From Isurus oxyrinchus (Eukaryota): 64,000 bases of DNA. A program made the translations under genes and the position numbers. The stretch covers positions 97,154,001 through 97,218,000 of the forward strand of contig JANJGN010000007.1 of the NCBI GenBank assembly GCA_026770705.1. Direction: 5' to 3'. Position 1 is the first letter of the stretch. Each line of letters starts with the position of its first letter. The notes below the pieces were generated by a model. That model saw only the letters and a program-made list of their open reading frames with translations. It had not been told where the DNA came from and searched no databases. This document shows positions 53,964 to 64,000 of this stretch, piece after piece.

Positions 53964-54006
53964 CGAAAAAGGAGCGGAAAGTAATGCAAAAACTAATTAT
54001 ATTCAT
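53964..54006 (-). pseudogene. Copy 2 leader exon
   Basis: ATG 54006: MNIISFCITFRSFF-G, GTGTGT donor, 81-nt intron; 9-nt in-frame deletion relative to copy 1. Confidence 0.72.
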
Positions 54007-57000
54007 CAATCAACGTAATAGAAGAGCGTTCATTCTCAGAAAAGAGGGCTACAGAGTAAATTTACCTGCGCAACTTAATGGCAGACTGGTCATGCAGTGA
54101 AGCAAGACTCCGAACATCTTGAGTAGCTGAACTGAAGTGATCATTTTCATTAAAATGTGTCTTGAATAAAGAATCAGAACGGAATTACGAGAGGATGTCC
54201 GGTTTCATGTGGGCGTTAATGTGCGTGCGTTTCCTGATACTTGAGATCTCTATCTACCAATTGACTATAAACTAAAACTTGCACCATCGTTATTTAATAC
54301 TGCCGCTGAAGATATTAATCTCTGAAGGACTTCCTGTTTGTATTTACATCTCTGCTGCAGTTACACGGAAAGGATTCCATAAATTGTTGTATGGGGCCTC
54401 CGCCAGGGATTTCTTTGCAGACATGTGCCAATGACGAGAGTACATTCAAGCCACGTAGTACCTGCGCCAGATTCCCTGTCTATTTGAAACTAGAGTAGTT
54501 GCTTTCGACTTTCCAAATTGGTCATTCAACTGCAAGGATACCAGCCGATTGAGTGCTCATTCAGCTTTGCTATGTTTGGGCAGCCGCGATCACAGAATGG
54601 CGATGACCTTTGCCGGCAAATGAGGCACTCCAGACCAACTACAATCATTGCTCATAATGTCTGAAACACTTCCAGATGTTTGGCCATTGGGTGTTAAATA
54701 GCTAAAGGGAATATTTATTGTTAGCCTGCTGGTCAGTGCCAACATATGTTGGGGGATTATTCCTTCTGCTCCATTCCTCCTCTTTCTGCTGAAGTTCATA
54801 CCTTCGACAAAAGATGATAGGAATCCATTCAAGACGCCGCTTCAAACGCGTTCATAATTTTCCTTTCACCCATCCCTCTAATTAGAAGCGAAAGGAGGGT
54901 CGACGCCTGAAAGGATATTCACTTAGGCCATACTTGACCCCAATGACAGAGTCATGGAAGGCAATGGGATTGCCACACTGTGAAGTTGGGAATGACATTA
55001 TGCTTGACTGACGATGCAATACCGTCCAAGGCCGGTTTCATCGGCAAACCCCACACCCAGCCTCCCGCACGAATCTCACCACCTGTGGCCATTGAAGCAT
55101 TTGTTTGTGTGTTTGTTTTTGTCATAGTTTGCTATGTGCAATTGTTTCAATCTGTGAGGAAGAAAATAGGTAATAATTGGAATTTAAATTCAACGGAATA
55201 ACCAACGGGGTTGATTTCGGCATGTATTTCCTTGAGTTTCGAAGGTCCAGTAGTTCAATAAGTTTAACAAATACCGATAGGCCAGATACAGGGAAACTAA
55301 TTCCTCTGCTGAGGGTACAAATTCCTTTGCTATGAACGTAAAATTGGAGCTAGGTCTTTCAGACCAAGATCAGTAAGTAAGCATTCAGAAAATGATGAGG
55401 AATTGTGAATTTCTCCCCGGAAATAATATGTGATTGCACACTGATATGTGCAGAAATAAGAACGACAGAAACTTCATCCAGAGCAGCGTCCACTGAATGG
55501 ACAACCGACGTTTAATTGGTGTTGACGTGCAGAGTAGTCAAGATGTAATGAGAAGGCAAAACAGTCATGGTCTCTTCGTGTGCTTCTTGAACATAGCAAC
55601 TATTTATGCTTGTTTACATGCTAATGGTGCAAAATTACTGTCCTGATGTTTAACCCACAGAGGCCTGTGCATAACATTGGGTGCCCATGTGGCTGCGAAT
55701 TAGATTCAATCAAGATAACCTACAAATGGAAGCATTGTTGTTTTCGGATCTGTAAACCCGGAAATCAATTTACGCAAAATATTAAACAATTGTCAAGTGG
55801 TCAAGTGGTCTTTTCTTAGCGGGGTGGGGGTGGTGGGGTTGGGGGCGGGGTTCTTCCTTCTCCTAATGACATGCATTTGTAATATTGCTGGTCTATTGAC
55901 GCGCATTGGTAGTATGTTGCTCGATTTATTTATTTTTAAAGCACGTTTTGCATTCCATGTAGTTAGAGTAAGTCAACCAGCAGACAGCGCATAGCATATA
56001 TAAATATCACTATATCTTGTTGGAATCGTACGAAGAACATTGACCAATTAGACGACGTCAAAAACTGAAGCAGCTGGTAAGAACAGTGTAACTTTCGACT
56101 GCGTCACAAAGTATGTCAGTAAGCATCAAATATTTCATTGCCTCCAAAGTGAGACAAAGTAACATGCTTTTCAACGGTACAGAAGGCAGATATATGGCCC
56201 ACCGAGCCAGCGGAATAATCCATTCAGTGGCACTCCAGCGCTCAAATCCCGCAACTCTGCGAGATTATTTACTTCGAATGCGTCATACTGTGCTTCGTTG
56301 TATTGAATTTGATCTGCTACTACTCTACCCCTTCTGCTAGGTTGCCCATGTCCCATTGCAGTCGATTGACATCTTGCTAACAGCTTGCCAAACCTCCCAG
56401 TTATTATCACGAGTACAATTTGAAATTATTGCTTCTATTCCAAGGCCGTCCTGCTGGCTCCTGGCGGATCCAACGGCCAAACACCCACCATTTTGAAGAA
56501 CTGCCAGTTACCATGACTTCTGCTTCTCTTTAAGTCTATTGTTTTCATCAAATTGATTACTCACCCACCTATTCCATCAGGCCAAGTTTTGTTAACAGTA
56601 CTTTGACGTGATATTTTGTCAAACACTTCCTTAACGCACACATAGACAACGTCCACCAAATTCCTATCGTCAACTTTCTTTGTTACTTGGTCAATAAAAA
56701 AGATTGCTCAAGCAAGATCGGCCTTTTACAAATCAGTGCTGCTTCTCCCTAATCGTCGCACACCTATCCAAGTGCCTGTTGATTTTTATTTCCCTGATTA
56801 TGGACACTAAAACCATTGCCGACCGCTAGTACCAAACCAAGAGGCCCGTTGTTGCTGGCTTTCTGGAATAAGGGTGTAATAGCGAGCTTTCTACAATGTT
56901 ATGCTCCCTCCCCCATATCTGGGGAAGATTGAAAGATTATGGCAACTCCTTCCTTTATCTTCATTCGAGCTTTCTTTAGCAACCATGTATGAAAGCCAAA

Positions 57001-58224
57001 TAGACAAAGTAGCTTACCGACTTTAGATATAGTCAGCCTTTCCAAGGCCCCATTTCTTTCAATCATCACAATATCCATTGCCTGCACTTTCTCATCCTCT
57101 GCCGATATTTTGTCAGAATCATCTTCATCAGTAATTACCAAAGCAAAAAGCCCCATTCAGAGCTCTAGCCTCATACTGCACCTTCTAGTATATGTCATCC
57201 TCTTTGTGCCAGATAGAACCACCCGCTAACTATTTACCTGCTGGTAGAGGATGGTTACGTTCCTTTATGATTGAGTGCCAATCTGCTCTCATACTCTCTT
57301 TGTCAGTCGTATTTTCTTCTCCATGTCCCCTCTCACCCTACTATATATGAACTTTTTCTCATTTTAGAAATTCGCTTAACATGCATTATATTTCCTCCGT
57401 TTTGATTCATTATAATTACTATCTCCTTTGTCTGTCAAAGCAAACTGTTTGTGGCTCGCTTTCAATTCGATCTTCCAGCAAAGTACCAAATCTGTACCTG
57501 AAACATTTCTTACTTAAAGATTACGAATTATTGCTTTATACTTTATCCTCTCAGTCTCTTCTTCTATTTCATTATGCTGACTACATCTCTGGTCGTGACA
57601 TTGAAATTAGCGCTCTTGCAATTTACAAGATCTATATTAAATGTGTTCTTGTTCTTTCTCCATTACTTACTATACAGTGATCACACTTATACAAGGGTTA
57701 GCCCACAGCTAATCGGTCCAATTAGACCAGCTCATTTACCACTACTACTTTAAGTAATATTCCCTTCTAGTTAGAATATCAAGATACTGGTCAAGTGTGC
57801 TCCCTTGAACGCATGACAGGAACCGATCCAGCCTCTTAACATTTACTCGAACATTATCTCTATCTATATTTGAATGATTAAACTGACCCAATTCTAGTAC
57901 CTGTACTTGTGACTCGCCGACCTTATTCATGGCACTCTGCTAGTTTACGCGCACGCATTTTAGTCATGTCACTGCATGCTTTAGTGTCCCTTTTCACCCG
58001 CTCCAATCAAATGTGATACTATTCCCTTATCTTATACGGCCCACGTTTTTCACCTGTGACTATTATTCTTTTTCTCTACTTGTACTTGCTGGTGTCCAAC
58101 CCTCTCCTTAATTACATTAAAAATGACCTCACCCACATTAATGGAGTTCTCCGCATGGGCATTAATTCCAGTTCCATTGAGGTGAGATGTGGCTCTTCTG
58201 ATTTTAAAAAAAATCTTTGATAGG

Positions 58225-58610
58225 ATATCGGCATTGCTGACATAGCCAGCATTTCTTACCAGTCCTCAGTTGCCTTGAATTGAGTTACTTGCTACGCCGA
58301 TTTAGAGAAAACTTAATGCTAAACCACATTACTGTGGGTTTGGGCTCACGGATAGGTCAGGCCAGGAAAGGATGGCATATTTACTCCCATAAAGAAATTA
58401 GTGAAGCAGATGTGTTCAATGCCAACCGATCACAGTTTCATGGCCACTATTAGTGAGATTGGCTTTCCATTCTAGATTTTATTAATTAAATTTAAATTGA
58501 ACCTGCTGCCATAGCGGAACTGAAACCAATGTCCAACAGAGAAAAGATTTGGTCTCCAATTTACTAATCCATGAGCAATCCATTACGGAAATTCCACCAG
58601 CTCCAACCCA
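58225..58610 (+). mobile_element. DeuSINE/SacSINE1-like SINE remnant
   Basis: gttgccttgaattgag...aaccacattactgtgggtttgg...gccaggaaaggatggca...attagtgaagcagatg resembles the shark Deu-domain SINE; recalled from memory, not searched. Confidence 0.55.
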
Positions 58611-60039
58611 CAAATATTGCCTTCTTTCGAGAACAAGTCCAGAGGCCCAATAACCTGAAGCGCTCCCGCCTGTCCAATGCAAAGTAGCGTCGATCCCTCC
58701 CTCCCTTGGTACTGGAAGTAATTAAGAGATTACTAATGAGAGGGTCTACTTGTTTCAGTTCCACATCAACCCTCAAAAATATGACCATTGCACCTAAATA
58801 ACTGCCCTTTCTACGTGGTTGGTACAAAGATATGGCTTACTACCTTTCCAAATCTGCACCCTGTCTATCATGCCTTTTACTTTGGCACCAGAGAGGGAAA
58901 ACAACATGCTGAATACATGATGATGGTTAGAAAGATGCCGGTATGCTTCTGTAACAATCGGATCTCATCTTACAACAGCATTTCTACATTTTGATGTTGT
59001 CTCCTGTACATCCCTTTGCCCATTGATACCTTGGGATGGGTGACATTACGTCAGGATAGTGTCAATTACAGCATGCTCCAACACTGTGTGCTAATTGCGG
59101 ATTGGTACACACCCTGTGGAATCCTGCACCTAATGTTTCTTCCAAATCATAGTACGGTCACCTACCTACTATCCTGACTTGCCATTGACTGTAGGGTGAT
59201 CAATTCCTGGAACGAAGAGCCCAGGAAGCTCTTGTCACCAATGATGTTTCACAGTGAGTCGAGTGCCCCTCATCAGAGGAAATTGTGAGCTCGAGTTAGA
59301 GCAACTGGAGACATTGCTTACACACGTTGTTGCACAAGGCTCGTGACGTGCCCTGAATATCTCACATGGTGCAGGAATTGCAAGCAGTAGGTCTGAGATA
59401 TCCATCCATGATGCAAAATAAATCTCTTGTACCCTGTTCATAAGAAAAATGTTGATGAATACGGCTCGACCGTGCTGATTAATGTACATACAATTGCACT
59501 AAATGAATTGAATATTTGCAATTTCCCTTCATTTTATTTGAACGAGTACTCATGTTTGGAGAAACAGAAGACAAAACTACAACTAAACACTTACCTATTT
59601 TTCTCTAACGGCCCCTTTCGTCCCTCAACCCATGTGCTCCCGCCTACTGCACGCGGTTCATTGATCTTAAATCATGCCCATCCCGATGGTCTCTGGTCTC
59701 TCTATCGCTGCTGCTGCCGCTCTTTCACTTCCACCTGATGTTTCTGACTCCCCCTGCCACCAGACATATTTTATTGTATTCCTTGTCTCTCTGTTCCAAG
59801 GCATGCCATCGTTATCCATGTCAAACATGGGTGAAATCCTGCCACAAATCCGAGTTTGTTAATTTATCAGTAAGATACTTTTAGAGCTATGTTAATTCTA
59901 TATTAGAGCAGATAGGTTTTACAACATGTAGAGTTGCAACATTGAAACGAATCTTCACTTTAATTGTTCACTGTTTAGATTTTGGTTTCAATTATGAAAA
60001 TTAATTTGAAGTGGGGAATAATATTTTGCATCCTGTTAT

Positions 60040-60130
60040 ATTCTATGTCCCCCGCCCCCATCCTCCACCCGCACCCAGCACCCCCCTCCACACCCCCACT
60101 CCGCACCCCCACCGCCACCACCCCCCACCG
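60040..60130. repeat. C-rich low-complexity tract
   Basis: Interrupted C runs, giving G-quadruplex potential on the minus strand. Similar tracts lie at 38225-38290 and 48160-48182. Confidence 0.8.
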
Positions 60131-61699
60131 TCTGTCTGTCCGTCCCACACGCATGCCAACTTTATTGAATTCGGCTTCACTTGTGCACAGTATGCATCAT
60201 AACCTTCGCCTTGTGACTATTTTGATTCAAGGAGTTTACAGTATGAATATTGGTAAATCGGCAAATTGTCGATCATAATAGTGATAAACTGTATTCTAAC
60301 CTTTGCAATACATGCTTATATATGTTCCACCAGGATTGCGTCGATCTTGAACAGTAACTGGAGTCCTGGATGAACGTTTTCCTTGCTATTGCACTCAATA
60401 GCAATCCTGCTAACTGCATGAAAAGTGTATGCGGCCATATATGATCAACTAACTTGGAACAGGAAATAATTTTGGCACGGAGCCTACATTTTCTGCATGA
60501 TGATTTAACAAACTATGGATCAGCTATCAGTTGTTAGCAGAAATCTGTTGCCCTATTGTTTGAAGAGAATGCAATATGGCTTTTAACGTTCTGCAATCAA
60601 CTGCACGTATCATCAATGCTTTGTAATGAGCATTATTTTCTGTGAGCAGCTCTGTATCTGCATTGTATTTTATAGAAGAAATAAGTCACGAAACTATAAT
60701 AATTTTCATAATATTATTGTGTTTTATTGTAAAGGGTTTATGGGTGTGATAATATATGTGTAAGCGTGTGCGGTTTGATCAAATTAGAATTGATCAAAAT
60801 AAGTTGGAGGAAAAGGCATTTGAAATGCTGATGAGTAAGCATGGATCAGGGGATAGCATCTAAGGTGTGAATCAGTTGTTTGGGTTCCAAGCGGATGGCA
60901 GGATTTTTGCAACAAGTTAGATAAACAGGGAGAGATTATTATGTTTATTTTATCCCCAAAAAAGTACTGACCATGTCGGCAACATGAAAGATTTTTATAT
61001 CCTGGTAAAAGAAAAGTTCTAAAGATAAATGGAAAAATGGAATTTAGAATCTAAAGAGAGAGAGATGCATGTATAAAGTGCAATGAATAGCCATGTTTCA
61101 AGGCCACCTAAGTTCTAATATGAATGTGTGAAACAGTCTTTAGGAAGCATCCAGACATTTTGAAAGACTCTGCTGTGTCCAACAACTAAAGTTGGAAGAA
61201 GGCTCTGGAATTCCACCTTCGATTGTGTGCAGTGGTAAACGTGCTGACTTGCGGCTTAAATTTCAAATCTATGTTGAGCAGTTGCCTTAAAGATTGTGTA
61301 TATTTGGCAGTAAGTTTAATGTAGAATTTTGGGACTTAGAAAACATTAATCATCCATAATCTTACATATGTGATTTATTTTTTTAGTCAATGTTGTAATG
61401 TACTTTTAAAATTCCCTATAGGTGTCAATGGACTCATTGATTCTGAATTCAGCGCCCAGTTATTCTCATTAAAAACAGAAGTTGAACAACTGTTATGATA
61501 GACTTGCCAAGTTTTCCATGTGGATTTCATCCACCCGGCACGCATCACCTGCCAATGCATAACAAAATTGCGAGTTATTTACGTGATATTTGAAAGTTCC
61601 TGATTGGTTTCTAGTTGGTGAATCTTCACGCTCGGAATATGAGACACGCATTAAACTCAGGAGCTGTTGTAAGTGAATTAAAACTGGTGAGACAGAAAA

Positions 61700-63990
61700 T
61701 GTGGCGTCATCCATAGCTAAGACTTTTGTGGAAGTAGAACATATACTCTGATTGGTTTACCAATGTATCTAAGGGTAAGTTTGCAGAATTTGTGGATAAG
61801 ATGCAGTTCAGATAAATGATTGCGGCAAACAATGCAAACAATGTTGAAACGATAGCACAGTATTTGAATTTGGAAAGGATACCTGAAAGTAATGAGTCAC
61901 AGTTGGAGGTAGTGAGAAATCAGCTACAAGTAAAGAAGCTTCGACATGAACAAACAGTCGAAAGACTGGAATTCGAGGCAAAGAAAAAGGAAAAAGAAAG
62001 AGGAAAGGCAATCCAAAGGGAGGAAGAAGAAAAGCAAAAATAGAACGAAAACAGGAAAGGGAGTTAGCATGGGAGAAATTAGGAAGGGAGAAAAAGGGAA
62101 GGAGAGGGAAAAAGGAAATTAGCTCAAAAAAAAACAGAAGTTCAAAAAGAGGTACCTGGGTCTGAGGGAGGTTCTAATGTGAAAATGAGGACTTCTGGTC
62201 TACAGCCCAGTGGGGAGATGTTTACATTTGTGCAAGCCCTTCCAAGGTTCTAGGAAAGCGAGGTAGAGATGCTCATTATTTCATTTGAGAAGATGGCTAA
62301 GCAAATGAAATGGCAACTAAGAAATTTAGACGTTGCTTTTACACGTTAGCTTGGTAGATGGCGGTCATGAGGTTTATGCCTTACTGTCAAAATAAGTATC
62401 AAATGACGATGCTGCCGTAAAAACGCTATTATGAGTGCACACTGGTGGCTCCTGAAACGTAGGGGCAGAAAATTAGGAATATATGGAAAGGCTCTGGCCA
62501 AATGTTCATTGAATTTGAGGGATTGAAACAAAGTAATTATTATCGGTGGACACGACCATTAACTCTGGAGACAACAACTGCAGCCCTTGGAGAATTAATT
62601 CTTTTGTGAAAATTTAAAGATTTAATTTCTTCCGTAGTGAGAGCTCATGTGGAAGAACAGAGAGGAAAAGTAGCAAGGCAAGCGGTGAAAGTCAGTGAGT
62701 TAGTTGATGGATCTGAATCTTTGCTTTTCGGCAGCCTTTTCAATCCAAGATGTTTGGAATGTGGGAAGGTATAAAGAAAGTAATTAGCCAAGAAAAATTA
62801 ATTCTTAGGTAGTTTTTTTTTTCCTCTCTCAGAACAGAAAAGAAGGTGCTGAGGGTTGAACTCACTCACGAAATCTGAGGTGCCTTCATGTATTATGTTT
62901 GGGCACACAAATTCAATGTGTTGGACGTTATGAGGAAAATCTGGTGCGGCAAATGGAATACAGAAAGGTTCTGGAAATAAGAGTACTGTAGATCCTGAGG
63001 TACAGGCACAGGATAAACCATTTGAATATGTACAAATGAAGCAGGGAGAATCAGTGATCGGTAAAGAAATTGGACTATGTTCACAAATTAACAGAATGAG
63101 TGCTGTGGGGCAGGCTACGGAAATGGTTAAAATTTTGGATATGACGGGAAGGTCTTTCCATGTATACAGGGTGGAATAGGCAAATATATTAACATTTTAA
63201 GAGACACATGACCTAGCCAATGATTAAAACATTGTTATAGTGATATTTGTTGTTCAGAGAAAGGGTTGCAGGAGGAAGTAATAATAAAGGGGGTTCATAG
63301 ATAATGAAAAATTATTCCATTTTGGAATTTAAATTTAGAGAGTATTTGGAAAACAGGTGATGTGATTGTTGGAGTAGTGCAAAAATGCACATTGTAAAGG
63401 TTAAATTTATTTTTGGTGTTGATATAGCTGTGTCACATGCGTAGCTGATGCCTTATGTAGTGGAACAGCCTGTGCAGGTGCAGTAAACAGATATCTTACA
63501 AAAAGCGGATTTGCATTGTTTCTAGATTGTGAAGTAATGAGATCACAAGCTCGCAGGTTAAATCTGGAAAAAGAGGAATTTAAAAGACACGAGTAAGATG
63601 TTGATATTCAATTAGTGGATACTTTATTTGATAAGATTGTTCGTGAATCTAGAATGAAGAAACAATAAGCTGAGGTTTTTAGCTTAAGGACGTAGGCATA
63701 GTTACAGAAGAAAGATCCACGAGAAAAAGTGTTATATCAGGCATCTTACAGAGAAACAGAGGCTAAATGCATTCTTGAATGCCATTAACTTAAGGGTGAT
63801 CTTTTAATGATGAAGCGGAGGATCAACCTCCGAATTCTGATTTTGAGAATAGCTGATGAAATTGCAATTTGGGGAAATTTAGGAATTAAGAAGATTCAGG
63901 GGAACATGCTAAAACATTTCTATTGACCTTGGCTGCATGGGGATGTTGTCGTACTTTGCGGAACATATAACACATGTCAGCTGACAGGAA
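61700..63990 (+). mobile_element. Gypsy (Gmr1-like) gag/protease remnant
   Basis: LIISFEKMAKQMKW, VPET.RQKIRN and FIEFEGLKQSNYYRW match decayed Gmr1-type gag; many stops. Confidence 0.75.
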
Positions 63991-64000
63991 AACCTTAAAT

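Larger units (their letters stand above)
41201..54006 (-). pseudogene. VJ-C1-TM-ITIM non-rearranging Ig-superfamily receptor pseudogene, copy 2
   Basis: Exons: leader 53964-54006, V 53571-53882, C1 50385-50690, TM 46893-46985, juxtamembrane 46229-46272, ITIM 41201-41321. All phases are concordant. Stops in V and C1, TM acceptor AG>CG, +2 nt in the last exon. Confidence 0.92.
33175..58030. repeat. Segmental duplication, copy 2
   Basis: Collinear with 5830-24700; additionally carries about 35825-40580 and two TSD-flanked Penelope insertions. Confidence 0.9.

Noticed and set aside
54220-54340. ETS-like GGAA sites upstream of the leader
   Set aside because: Short motifs expected by chance; one is present in only one copy.
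1-64000. Prokaryotic systems (CRISPR, operons) and RNA genes
   Set aside because: Spliced vertebrate genes and vertebrate retroelements throughout; no repeat-spacer array, tRNA or rRNA seen. Most ORFs in the track are TE debris or chance.

Overview
Repeat-rich vertebrate DNA, most likely from a shark (inferred from the CR1, Penelope and DeuSINE-type repeats). The key content is a cluster of non-rearranging immunoglobulin-superfamily receptor genes. Two minus-strand copies (8590-20665 and 41201-54006) lie in a diverged segmental duplication (about 5830-24700 vs 33175-58030). Each has six exons: leader, germline-joined VJ-type V domain, C1-set domain, uncharged TM, basic juxtamembrane exon and ITIM exon, with splice phases concordant end to end. 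Both are pseudogenes with mostly different lesions, so a near-complete ancestral V(J)-C1-TM-ITIM receptor can be rebuilt. At the left end, on the plus strand, is the intact 3' end of a third, more distant relative. Its tail is two duplicated 39-codon modules, each with two tyrosine motifs 23 residues apart (SIRP-alpha/PECAM-like). The rest is decayed CR1/L2 LINEs, Penelope elements (one a 564-bp hairpin insertion with a 14-bp TSD and hammerhead-like motifs), Gypsy remnants and simple repeats. All alignments and translations were done by eye; no database search was run. Repeat boundaries are approximate.
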